In this document: positions 9,675 through 18,468 of the stretch, one piece after another | Numbering within the stretch: position 1 is the stretch's first letter | Layout of the letters: each line of letters starts with the position of its first letter | Assembly (NCBI GenBank): GCA_025354385.1 | Contig: JANXMZ010000003.1 | Span: forward strand, 44,659-108,658 | From: Bacteroidota bacterium | GTDB lineage: Bacteria > Bacteroidota > Bacteroidia > NS11-12g > UBA955 | Reading direction: 5' to 3' | DNA: 64,000 bases | Translations under genes and position numbers: made by a program | The notes under the pieces: model-generated | The model's database searches: none | The model's input: the letters and a program-made list of their open reading frames with translations, nothing else | What the model was told of the DNA's origin: nothing

Positions 9675-10232
9675 ATGGAATTTAAAGATATTGTAGCAAT
9701 TGCAGGAATGCCCGGTTTGTATAAAATTGTTGGTCAAAGACAAAATGGATTAATTGTAGAAGCACTAGATGGTACTGGTAAAAAAATACCAACTTCTGCT
9801 AACACTAAGGTCTCTATTTTATCTGATATTGCCATGTTTACAATGGAAGGTGAAGAAAGACTTGCTAAGATTCTATTGACCGTTTTCGACCAAGTTAAAA
9901 CGGGGTTACAAGTACCCGACAAAAAAGCAAATGATGAGGTATTTCCTCAGTTCATTGGCAAAGTATTACCAAACTACGATAACGAGCGTATTTATCTTTC
10001 TGACATGAAAAAATTGGCCAACTGGTACAATATTTTGAAAGACCAATACGACTTTGAATCTTTGAGAAAAGAATTAGCTGAGGCTGATAAAGAAGAAGAA
10101 GAAGACAATGTAAGCGACAAACCAAAAGTTGAAGTTAAAGCCAAAGCAGATAAAGTAATTAAGAACACCAATGTTAAAAGCGAAAGTAAAAGCAAAGGGA
10201 AAGCAGTTGGCACTATCAGAAAAATGGCCTAA
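9675..10232 (+). CDS. DUF5606-like protein with Lys/Glu-rich C-terminal tail (family assigned from memory)
   Basis: N-terminus MEFKDIVAIAGMPGLYKIVGQRQNGLIVE; low-complexity K/E tail; strong terminator downstream. Confidence 0.5.
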   Translation: MEFKDIVAIAGMPGLYKIVGQRQNGLIVEALDGTGKKIPTSANTKVSILSDIAMFTMEGEERLAKILLTVFDQVKTGLQVPDKKANDEVFPQFIGKVLPNYDNERIYLSDMKKLANWYNILKDQYDFESLRKELAEADKEEEEDNVSDKPKVEVKAKADKVIKNTNVKSESKSKGKAVGTIRKMA

Positions 10233-10258
10233 TACACTTTAAGATATTATATTCATTG

Positions 10259-10290
10259 AACCACTTCTAAGGAGGTGGTTTTTTATTTTT
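10259..10290 (+). terminator. Intrinsic terminator after the DUF5606-like gene
   Basis: AACCACTTC-TAAG-GAGGTGGTT (9-bp stem with one G-U pair), followed by TTTTATTTTT. Confidence 0.7.
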
Positions 10291-10295
10291 GCCTA

Positions 10296-10772
10296 CTACA
10301 AATTAAGCATTTTTAGGGCGGTAACAGCCGCTTCTACACCTTTATTGCCATGTTTACCTCCACTTCTATCCATGGCTTGTTGCATGGTATCTGTAGTGAG
10401 TACACCAAAAATAACGGGTGCACTGTAATCCAATGATACACGCATAATACCATTGGCTGTGGCATCGCAGATAAAATCAAAATGCCTTGTTTCACCTTGA
10501 ATCACACAACCAAGGCAAATGACGGCATCTATCTGTTGTGTTTCGAATAAATGTTGAGCGCCATAAGGTAATTCAAAAGTTCCGGGCACGGCTTTAATTG
10601 TAATTTGATGATCCTTGGCACCTGCCTTCACCAAAGTTTCTAATACACCCTCCAAAAGCGCATTTGTAATTGTGGAATTCCATTCGGAAACAACAATGCC
10701 GAAGTGGTAATCTTCGGCACTGGGAATTTCATTGTTATTAAAGTCTGAAAGATTCTTTAAAATGGTTGCCAT
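10296..10772 (-). CDS. ribH: 6,7-dimethyl-8-ribityllumazine synthase
   Basis: GIVVSEWN, VPGTFELP and LGCVIQGETRHFDFI motifs. Start moved to the internal ATG (MATILKNL..., complement of 10770-10772), 1 nt after the upstream gene's stop. Confidence 0.9.
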   Translation of the reverse strand: MATILKNLSDFNNNEIPSAEDYHFGIVVSEWNSTITNALLEGVLETLVKAGAKDHQITIKAVPGTFELPYGAQHLFETQQIDAVICLGCVIQGETRHFDFICDATANGIMRVSLDYSAPVIFGVLTTDTMQQAMDRSGGKHGNKGVEAAVTALKMLNL

Positions 10773-10773
10773 T

Positions 10774-11475
10774 CTAATATTCTCCGATTTTTGCTTCGGC
10801 TCTTCCAATGTATTTATCTAAATCATTGTTGCCTTCTACATCTTTATATTCTTTTTTCAATTTGGTATAAATTGCCAATGCTTCTTTCCACTCATCTCTC
10901 TTTTCGTGAACTCTTGCCGCTTTTTTGTACCACCAAACAGTTGAAAATTCTGTATTAGATTTTTTTGCCGCTTTTGTATATTGATTCAACCCCTTTTCAA
11001 GGTCTTTATTCTCGACATAAGCATCGCCCAATAAACCAATAGCTTGAACACTCATTATTTTATCATCGAAACTTACTTTCTCCAAATATTCAATGGCTTT
11101 TTTGTATTCTCCCAAATATAGATAAGATGAACCTGCCATATAAGCAGCAAGATTACCAGCTTTTGTACCACTGTATTCATCGGCTAACTTAGGCGCCATT
11201 TTAGACACCTGATTAAAGGAATCCATATCAAATAACATTTGCGCCTTATAAATGGCCGTTAAACCCCTTTTTTCTTTAGGCATTTTTATTCCATATTGGT
11301 ATCCTAAATAACACAATACAATTACCACAACCGCGGTAACACCGTATAGAATGGTTTTGTTCTGACCATTCATCCAATTTTTGATTTTATCTGCAAACAA
11401 ACTAGCTGATGAAGGACCTTTTGGAGCTTCTTCTTGTTCTATGTATTGTTCGTCTATTTCTTCGTTGTTGCTCAT
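10774..11475 (-). CDS. Membrane-anchored TPR protein (YfgM-like)
   Basis: Acidic N-terminus, a single TM (ILYGVTAVVVIVLCYLGY), then TPR-like repeats (GEYKKAIEYLEK, LGDAYVENKDLEKGL). Confidence 0.55.
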   Translation of the reverse strand: MSNNEEIDEQYIEQEEAPKGPSSASLFADKIKNWMNGQNKTILYGVTAVVVIVLCYLGYQYGIKMPKEKRGLTAIYKAQMLFDMDSFNQVSKMAPKLADEYSGTKAGNLAAYMAGSSYLYLGEYKKAIEYLEKVSFDDKIMSVQAIGLLGDAYVENKDLEKGLNQYTKAAKKSNTEFSTVWWYKKAARVHEKRDEWKEALAIYTKLKKEYKDVEGNNDLDKYIGRAEAKIGEY

Positions 11476-11534
11476 GTAATAATTGTTAATATAATAAAAA
11501 AGTGTGCGAAAATAGTTAAATTAATTTAATAAAT

Positions 11535-12536
11535 CTAATCCATAATGTAAGGATATTCTCCTTCATAAACATTGGTATATAACTCAGAAGCATCTGGATA
11601 AGGGGAGCTTTCTGCAAATTCAACAGACTTATTAACCTCTTCCATGATGCGCTCTTCCATAGCATCCAATTCTTCATGAGTAGCCATTTTATTTTCTAGA
11701 ATTGTTGTTTTGGTTGTTTCCAATGGATCTAGTGATTTGTAATGTGCTACTTCATCCTTGGTTCTGTAGGTTGCAGGGTCGCTCATACTATGACCTCTGT
11801 AACGGTATGTTTTTATTTCAAGAAATGTTGGTCCATCCCCTTTTCGGGCGCGATCTGCTGCTTCCTTAATAGCATCGTGTACTGTTTCACATTTCATACC
11901 ATCTATTTGAAAAGAGGGCATCTCGTAACCTGATCCAATTTTATAAATATCGAGCACATTGGTGGTTCTTTCTACAGAAGTACCCATGGCGTAATCATTA
12001 TTCTCACAAATAAAAATGACTGGTAATTTCCAAAGCATCGCCATATTAAAAGCTTCGTGTAAGGCCCCTTGACGAACGGCCCCATCACCCATAAAACAAA
12101 CACAAAGGTTTTTGGTTCCTAAATATTGCTCTGCAAAAGCAATACCTGCACCCAAAGGAATTTGACCACCTACAATTCCATGACCGCCCAAGAAATTGTG
12201 CTCTTTGCTAAACATGTGCATACTTCCTCCTTTACCACTAGTGCAACCTGTGGCTTTACCGTATAATTCTGCCATTACTGCATTTGCAGAAACGCCTAAT
12301 GCCAAAGCATGACCATGGTCGCGGTAGGCTGTAATGAATTTATCGTCTTTTGTTGTAGCACTTACCATACCAGCCACGATGGCTTCCTGACCAATGTACA
12401 AATGGCAAAAGCCTTTTATCTTTTGTTGTCCATATAATTGAGCAGATTTTTCTTCAAATCTTCTAACCAACAACATTATTTCATACCATTTGAGGTATGT
12501 TTCCTTATTAAAATTTATTTTTGCAGCCTTGGCCAT
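11535..12536 (-). CDS. pdhA: Pyruvate dehydrogenase (acetyl-transferring) E1 alpha subunit
   Basis: TPP-enzyme motifs YRDHGHAL, GKGGSMH, GDGAVRQGALHEAFNMAMLWKLPVIFICENNDYAMGT. Start set to the ATG (MAKAAKINF...), because the -7 box TACTTTTG (12555-12562) overlaps the TTG at 12557. Confidence 0.85.
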   Translation of the reverse strand: MAKAAKINFNKETYLKWYEIMLLVRRFEEKSAQLYGQQKIKGFCHLYIGQEAIVAGMVSATTKDDKFITAYRDHGHALALGVSANAVMAELYGKATGCTSGKGGSMHMFSKEHNFLGGHGIVGGQIPLGAGIAFAEQYLGTKNLCVCFMGDGAVRQGALHEAFNMAMLWKLPVIFICENNDYAMGTSVERTTNVLDIYKIGSGYEMPSFQIDGMKCETVHDAIKEAADRARKGDGPTFLEIKTYRYRGHSMSDPATYRTKDEVAHYKSLDPLETTKTTILENKMATHEELDAMEERIMEEVNKSVEFAESSPYPDASELYTNVYEGEYPYIMD

Positions 12537-12554
12537 ATTTTTATTAATGAATGG

Positions 12555-12562
12555 CAAAAGTA
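12555..12562 (-). promoter_or_regulatory. -7 box TACTTTTG for pdhA
   Basis: Exact match, 18 nt from the ATG at 12536. Confidence 0.5.
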
Positions 12563-12589
12563 ATAATTTAAACTTACCCTTACAAACAA

Positions 12590-13666
12590 GTGCGCATAAA
12601 CCATCTTTCTTTATACAATTTCAAGAATCATCCGGAATTAAAAATCGATTTTAAATCCGATATTACATGCATCACCGGTAAAAATGGTGCGGGTAAAACC
12701 AATGTTCTAGACGCCATTTATTTATTAAGCACTTGCAAAAGTTATTACAATGCAATTGATTATCAATTGATATTACATGGCGAACCCTTGTGCGCCATCA
12801 ATGCAGAATTCAGCAATGGCCATCAATATGATTTGCAAATGCAGATAGAGGCAGGTAAAAAGAAAAAGTTAAAACGAAATGATAAATATTACGAAAAGTT
12901 AATCGATCATATTGGCTTAATTAATGCAGTTATTATAACACCGGGAGATATAGATCTTGTTTTAGGCCATAGTGAGGACAGGAGAAGGTTTATTGATATT
13001 TGTATTAGCCAATGCGACCGTGTATATTTAAATTGCCTAAGTGAATATAACAAGGTATTGGAACAAAGGAATAAACAGCTCAAAATTTTTGCTCAACACA
13101 GACATTTCGATGAAATTCTATTAGATAGTTTCAACTCAAAATTAATTCCAGCAGGGCAATATATTTTCGAAAAAAGAAGAGAGGTTTTAAGTCTTATTAA
13201 TACGCATTTTAACGCTTATTACAAAATAATCACCTCGGGCAATGAAACGGTATCCTTGAAATACGAATCGGACTTGAGTGATCAAAATTTTACAGCATTA
13301 TTGAAAGAGAGTACCGATAAAGATTTGGCTTTAGAAAGGACCTCTAAAGGCATACACAAAGATGACTTGGTATTTGAAATTAATGGATATCCATTAAAAA
13401 AATTCGGTTCGGAGGGGCAAAGCAAATCATTCATCATAGCCCTCAAGTTGGCTCAATTTAAATATCTTTCTGAAGTGTTAAAAACACCACCTATTTTACT
13501 ATTAGATGATTTATTTGAAAAGATTGATGAACAGAGAGCACAGCAATTAATTGATTTAATTAGCGGTGAAGCCTTTGGTCAAATAATCATTACAGATACT
13601 CATGAAGAAAGGGTTAGAAAACATTTTGAAAATGCTGTAAAAAGTATCAACTTCGTAGGCCTTTAA
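12590..13666 (+). CDS. recF: DNA replication/repair protein RecF
   Basis: GTG start; Walker A GKNGAGKTNVLDAIY; signature FGSEGQSKSF; Walker B ILLLDDLFEKID. Confidence 0.9.
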   Translation: MRINHLSLYNFKNHPELKIDFKSDITCITGKNGAGKTNVLDAIYLLSTCKSYYNAIDYQLILHGEPLCAINAEFSNGHQYDLQMQIEAGKKKKLKRNDKYYEKLIDHIGLINAVIITPGDIDLVLGHSEDRRRFIDICISQCDRVYLNCLSEYNKVLEQRNKQLKIFAQHRHFDEILLDSFNSKLIPAGQYIFEKRREVLSLINTHFNAYYKIITSGNETVSLKYESDLSDQNFTALLKESTDKDLALERTSKGIHKDDLVFEINGYPLKKFGSEGQSKSFIIALKLAQFKYLSEVLKTPPILLLDDLFEKIDEQRAQQLIDLISGEAFGQIIITDTHEERVRKHFENAVKSINFVGL

Positions 13667-13677
13667 ATATTGAAGAA

Positions 13678-13974
13678 ATGAGTAATAAACCTAATCACCA
13701 ATTCACCATTGCAGAAGCACTTCAAAATTTGATGAGCGACAAGCGATTGAATAAAGGTATTACCGAGAGTACTATTAAAGAAAAGTGGGAAGAAATGATG
13801 GGGAAAGTAATTGCGCAGCACACCTCTACCATGTATCTAAAAGGCACAGAGTTGGTCTTGTATTTTAATTCTTCTATTATTAAAAATGAATTCATTTACA
13901 ATAGAGAAAAAGCAGTGAATCTCATAAATGACAGCTTGGGTTATAACGCCATAACGGATATTGTGATAAAATAA
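13678..13974 (+). CDS. DUF721 (DciA-like) protein
   Basis: 98 aa, immediately after recF, which is the usual DUF721 position. General pattern ...W..ivG..ia.ht....l..g.L.v. Confidence 0.6.
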   Translation: MSNKPNHQFTIAEALQNLMSDKRLNKGITESTIKEKWEEMMGKVIAQHTSTMYLKGTELVLYFNSSIIKNEFIYNREKAVNLINDSLGYNAITDIVIK

Positions 13975-13996
13975 ATTGAATCTTTTAAAAAAGTAG

Positions 13997-14638
13997 ATGG
14001 CCGAATACAAACTTAAACCACTTACTGCCGGTTGGCTTCTTGTAATTATTCACTGTGTGGGCGTCATTGGTTTTTATATTCCTCAAATACAACCACTCAT
14101 GCAAAAATTAATATGGGTGAATATTCTTACTACCTTTATTGCGTTGTTTTGTTATCATAAAAAATGGAATAAAGAATTTATTTTCTCAGCATTTTTGGTA
14201 GGTAGTATTGGTTATTTAATAGAGGTATTGGGCGTAAAAACAGGTTATTTATTTGGCCATTATCAGTATGGTCCTGTTTTAGGATTTTCGTTCTTAGATA
14301 CTCCTATTATTATGTTTGTAAATTGGCTAGTAGTAATATACATTAGCAGGCAAATTGCAGAGATGGTTGCGAAAGATGCCTTCCTTATCAGTTGCATATC
14401 GGCTTTGCTAATGGTATTAATGGATTATTTCATAGAACCTTTTGCAATTCGCCACGGTATGTGGACATGGAACAGCGGTGTGGTGCCAATTCACAATTAT
14501 ATCGGTTGGTTTGTTTCAGGTGTGCTTATTCAATATCTATTTCAAAAAGCCATTAAATATCCCCCTAATAAATTGGCCCTGCCTGTTTATTTAATTCAGC
14601 TGGGTTTCTTTATTCTATTGTATTTTTTACATATTTAA
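13997..14638 (+). CDS. Polytopic membrane protein, carotenoid-biosynthesis-protein-like (DUF422/PF04240; tentative)
   Basis: 213 aa with ~7 TM segments. Resemblance is from memory only, and there are no carotenoid genes nearby. Confidence 0.4.
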   Translation: MAEYKLKPLTAGWLLVIIHCVGVIGFYIPQIQPLMQKLIWVNILTTFIALFCYHKKWNKEFIFSAFLVGSIGYLIEVLGVKTGYLFGHYQYGPVLGFSFLDTPIIMFVNWLVVIYISRQIAEMVAKDAFLISCISALLMVLMDYFIEPFAIRHGMWTWNSGVVPIHNYIGWFVSGVLIQYLFQKAIKYPPNKLALPVYLIQLGFFILLYFLHI

Positions 14639-14650
14639 TTGAGTGTAGCA

Positions 14651-14686
14651 AAAAAAAACTCCTTCAAAAATTGAAGGAGTTTTTTA
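14651..14686. terminator. Bidirectional intrinsic terminator
   Basis: AAAAAAAACTCCTTCAA-AAA-TTGAAGGAGTTTTTT: perfect 11-bp stem with an A-run and a T-run on either side, between convergent genes. Confidence 0.85.
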
Positions 14687-14703
14687 TTATTTAATACTTA
14701 ATA

Positions 14704-16008
14704 TTATTCTATCACCAATTTAGAAGAAGATTTGAAACCTTCGCCTGAAACGTTAACTAAATACATACCATTGGTTAATGTATCTGTAGAAACAGTGATG
14801 CTATTTTTACCACTAACGATGTTAGTGTTCATTGTTTTAACAACTTTACCTGACATATCTGTTAAAGTTATAACTGCAACAGTTGCAGTTGTTGAATTTA
14901 AAGTAACCACTACATCAGAATTCGCTTTAGCTGGGTTAGGATACGCTTCAACTAAAGTAAAGTCTTTATTTGAATTTTTAACAGCTAAATTAGTAGTAGT
15001 AACGTGGAATCTGAAATATGGGAATCTAACAATTGGCAAACCATTTCTAGTCCAAGAGTATCCATACAAAGATGGGCTTGCAGTAGTTGAATATCTAACA
15101 AACTCTACCACAAAAACACCATTGTTATATATTCTTTGTGAAAATTGATTTTTCCAAGTTCCAGTGGTATCAGATGGATAAGATGTAGGACCTGAAGGAT
15201 CAGTACATGCAATGTATTGGAACCTGTTGTGTTTGTTTTTTGAAAAATCTGCACCATCATAACCAATTGTATCAAAAGGAAGTGTTTGAGGGTAGGTTGT
15301 TCCTGGCTCAAAGTTAAAATAAATACCGAACCAGTTTGCCCCAGCTGTTTTGTTGCTACCTACAACAGTTTCACTGCATGCAAATTTCATCGAACTCACA
15401 TTTCCTCCAGTGCTACTATCTAGAATACCTAAACTTTGAGTATATAATTTTTTAACACTTGTTCCAGCAGGAATGTTATTGGCCTTATCATAACCAACAG
15501 TTCCGAACGGAGCTGCAAGGTAATGAAACATATCGCCAGATCTAAATGAATAGAAATTTACTTTGTCAATTACATTTGGATTTAAATTTTTTCTGGTGTA
15601 AAGATAGTTTAACTCTATAGAATCTACTTTGTAAGTGGTGTATTTATTTGTAACATAAGGACTACCTGCATAGATTGGATTTCTTGGGTCGAAAATCATA
15701 CCAGCTCCCATTGTTTGAGGAACACTAAAACCATTTGAATAGGCAATCCAAACTGTACTATCTGGCCAAATAGCATTTGCATTTAAGTTACCTGATGCAA
15801 AATCCAATGGAAATGTATTGAAAGCAGCAGAAGCTTGTGCTGGGTCAAACCAACCTTCAGCTGAAGCTCTTTTTATATTTAAATTACCTTTTTTAACTGG
15901 TTGAAACAATAGGTTGTTTTTTGATTCCGTCATTACAGAAGGGGTTGGCACCTGTGCACTAACTTTTAGATAAGTTAAGACAAGAACGAATAATAATACT
16001 TTTTTCAT
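14704..16008 (-). CDS. Secreted protein of unknown function with T9SS type A C-terminal sorting domain
   Basis: Signal peptide MKKVLLFVLVLTYLKVSAQ. C-terminal ~80 aa: YPNPAKANSDVVVTL...ITLTDMSGKVV...GMYLVNVSGEGFKSSSKLVIE (Por/T9SS CTD pattern). Confidence 0.7.
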   Translation of the reverse strand: MKKVLLFVLVLTYLKVSAQVPTPSVMTESKNNLLFQPVKKGNLNIKRASAEGWFDPAQASAAFNTFPLDFASGNLNANAIWPDSTVWIAYSNGFSVPQTMGAGMIFDPRNPIYAGSPYVTNKYTTYKVDSIELNYLYTRKNLNPNVIDKVNFYSFRSGDMFHYLAAPFGTVGYDKANNIPAGTSVKKLYTQSLGILDSSTGGNVSSMKFACSETVVGSNKTAGANWFGIYFNFEPGTTYPQTLPFDTIGYDGADFSKNKHNRFQYIACTDPSGPTSYPSDTTGTWKNQFSQRIYNNGVFVVEFVRYSTTASPSLYGYSWTRNGLPIVRFPYFRFHVTTTNLAVKNSNKDFTLVEAYPNPAKANSDVVVTLNSTTATVAVITLTDMSGKVVKTMNTNIVSGKNSITVSTDTLTNGMYLVNVSGEGFKSSSKLVIE

Positions 16009-16033
16009 GATATAAAATTTTATAATTAATTTT

Positions 16034-16041
16034 CAAAGGTA
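16034..16041 (-). promoter_or_regulatory. -7 box TACCTTTG for the T9SS cargo gene
   Basis: Exact match, 25 nt from the ATG at 16008. Confidence 0.45.
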
Positions 16042-16096
16042 ATAAAAAAATGACAATTTAGTTACGTTAGTTAAAAAAATATTTGTCAATTATCGG

Positions 16097-16789
16097 TCAA
16101 ATATCGCCTTCAAAAGGCCTTAAAAGTATTTCTTCCATTACCATTTGCTTTCTGTTCTGTATGGCAAACCAAATAGTATTAGCTATATTCTCGGGTTTTA
16201 TAAACCTTGTTTCTGGTAAATTTGAGCCTGCCCAACTATCTGTTAAGGTGGCGCCAGGCAATATACTGCTCACACTAATGCCGAACGGAATTAATTCTTT
16301 TCTTAAAACTTTTGAGAACCCTAACAAGGCATGTTTACTTATACAATAACTACCACCGTTGATATACGGAACAATACTAGCAGTGCTGCAAATATTAAAA
16401 ATGTATCCATCTTTTTGAGGCATCATCAAAGACAAGACAGCTCTCGTTAAATGATAGGGTGCTGCTACATTCAACTGCATTTGCATTTCAAAATGTCCCT
16501 CCTTTTCTTCATGAATAGTACCTGGCAAAAAAACACCGGCATTGTTCACCAAAATATCCAATGCATTAATTTCATTTTCAATTTTGTTGGCAAATATTAA
16601 AATATTTTCCACGATTGAAAAATCCAACAAAGTGATATCTAACTGAGATCCATATTTTTCTTTCAAAGTGGCGAGTTCTCCGATGGTTCTTGACACTGAA
16701 AAAACCTTATAATTTTCGGTTAGTAATTTCATTACAATCGCCAAGCCAATACCTTTTGAACCCCCTGTTACAATTGCATTTTTTTGCAT
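16097..16789 (-). CDS. SDR-family oxidoreductase
   Basis: VTGGSKGIGLAI (TGxxxGxG), NNAG, catalytic YCISK (YxxxK). Confidence 0.8.
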   Translation of the reverse strand: MQKNAIVTGGSKGIGLAIVMKLLTENYKVFSVSRTIGELATLKEKYGSQLDITLLDFSIVENILIFANKIENEINALDILVNNAGVFLPGTIHEEKEGHFEMQMQLNVAAPYHLTRAVLSLMMPQKDGYIFNICSTASIVPYINGGSYCISKHALLGFSKVLRKELIPFGISVSSILPGATLTDSWAGSNLPETRFIKPENIANTIWFAIQNRKQMVMEEILLRPFEGDI

Positions 16790-16793
16790 GTTT

Positions 16794-16801
16794 CAAAAAT
16801 A
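16794..16801 (-). promoter_or_regulatory. -7 box TATTTTTG, 4 nt from the SDR gene ATG (leaderless geometry)
   Basis: Minus strand reads TATTTTTG-AAAC-ATG (ATG = complement of 16787-16789). Confidence 0.45.
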
Positions 16802-16841
16802 AGGTTCCTTTGCAGTATATTTACACCCTTTTTTAAGATTA

Positions 16842-17585
16842 ATGAATTTAAGTTTCTTTTACCATTTCGGCAAGTATCTTATGTTTTTGAGAAGCATGCT
16901 TTACAAACCCGAGAAATGGAATGTTTTTTTCAAAAGAATATTTGACGAGATGAACAAAATTGGCATTGGTTCATTGCCAATTGTTGCTATTACTTCCCTA
17001 TTTATTGGGGCTGTTACCACTGTTCAAACTGCCTATCAATTGGTAAGTGGTTTGATTTCAAAATCGGTCATAGGCACTATTGTTTCCGACAGTACGATGC
17101 TAGAACTTGGACCAACAATAACTTGTCTAGTTTTATCTGGTAAAGTTGGAGCACATATTTCTTCCGAAATTGGAAATATGAGAATAAGCGAGCAAATAGA
17201 CGCTTTAGAAGTAATGGGGATTAATGCTCCTGGTTATTTGGCTTTGCCCAAAATTATAGCTGGTATTGTCATGATTCCTGTTTTAAATGTGATAGCCATC
17301 ACATTAAGTATCTATGGTGGTTATATGGCCGGAGAACTTTCAGGTATTTTAACGCATGAACAATTTATCACTGGTGCAAGAGCCACATTCAAAGGTTTTA
17401 CATTATTTTTTAGCATGCTCAAAGCCTTTACTTTTGCGTTTATTATTACTTCGGTAAGCAGCTATCAAGGTTATTTTACAAAAGGAGGCGCCTTAGAGGT
17501 TGGCGAAAGCAGCACAAAAGCGGTTGTATACAGCTCTGTTCTTATATTATTTTTTGATTATTTGTTGGCAGAATTGTTCTTATAA
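16842..17585 (+). CDS. mlaE: MlaE-family ABC transporter permease
   Basis: 247 aa polytopic; RISEQIDALEVMGINAPGYLALPK is the conserved MlaE/Ttg2B motif. Followed by its ATPase. Confidence 0.8.
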   Translation: MNLSFFYHFGKYLMFLRSMLYKPEKWNVFFKRIFDEMNKIGIGSLPIVAITSLFIGAVTTVQTAYQLVSGLISKSVIGTIVSDSTMLELGPTITCLVLSGKVGAHISSEIGNMRISEQIDALEVMGINAPGYLALPKIIAGIVMIPVLNVIAITLSIYGGYMAGELSGILTHEQFITGARATFKGFTLFFSMLKAFTFAFIITSVSSYQGYFTKGGALEVGESSTKAVVYSSVLILFFDYLLAELFL

Positions 17586-17594
17586 AAATTAGTC

Positions 17595-18332
17595 ATGATA
17601 GAATTATCTCACGTCAATAAAAGTTTTGAAGACAAACAGGTTTTGTACGACATTAATGCTCAATTTTTCAGTGGCAAAAACAATGTTATTATAGGTGCCA
17701 GTGGTGGTGGCAAAAGTGTTATGATGAAATGCATGGTGGGTTTGGAAAGACCCGAAAGCGGTTCAATTGAATTTGATAAGCGCGATATGCTATCTTTAGA
17801 TGAACAGCAATTAAGGGAAGTTAGAAGAGAAATTGGAATGTTATTTCAAGGCACTGCTTTATTCGACTCGCTTACCATCGAAGAAAACATTGAGTTTCCC
17901 TTAAAAATGTTTAGCAAAATGACTGCTGCAGAAAGAAGAGCCCGCGTTAACTTTTGTTTGCAAAGGGTGAATCTTGAAAATATTAACAAAAAATTTCCGA
18001 GTGAAATAAGCGGTGGTATGAAAAAGAGAGTTGGCATTGCCCGCGCAATTGCATTGGACATTAAGTATTTATTTTGCGATGAACCCAATAGCGGCCTCGA
18101 CCCTATTACCTCACGATTGATAGACGCACTAATTGATGAAATTACTAAGGAATACGGTATCACCAACATTATTAATAGCCACGATATGAAAACGGTTTTC
18201 GACATTGGCGATCATATTTTATTTATGTATAAAGGTGCCAAAAGATGGGAAGGTAACCGAGCTGATTTAAAACACGCCCAAAAGGAAATTCCAGAATTAG
18301 ATAATTTTATTAAAGCAAGTTATTTTGATTAA
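17595..18332 (+). CDS. mlaF: MlaF-like ABC transporter ATP-binding protein
   Basis: Walker A GASGGGKS, signature ISGGMKKRVGIARA, Walker B LFCDEPNSGLDP. Confidence 0.8.
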   Translation: MIELSHVNKSFEDKQVLYDINAQFFSGKNNVIIGASGGGKSVMMKCMVGLERPESGSIEFDKRDMLSLDEQQLREVRREIGMLFQGTALFDSLTIEENIEFPLKMFSKMTAAERRARVNFCLQRVNLENINKKFPSEISGGMKKRVGIARAIALDIKYLFCDEPNSGLDPITSRLIDALIDEITKEYGITNIINSHDMKTVFDIGDHILFMYKGAKRWEGNRADLKHAQKEIPELDNFIKASYFD

Positions 18333-18468
18333 GAAGATATTTGCAATTAGGTTATTCCTTAACTCTTCATTTTCTTTCAAAGGGCACACAACCATTGCAT
18401 AATTTTATTCAATTTAGCCTATTATTTTTTACCATATCAACATTAAAAAAACAATATTTACAGACTCC

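Noticed and set aside
14732-15311. 138-aa plus-strand and 68-aa minus-strand ORFs
   Set aside because: They are nested in or antisense to the T9SS cargo gene, which has a signal peptide and CTD.
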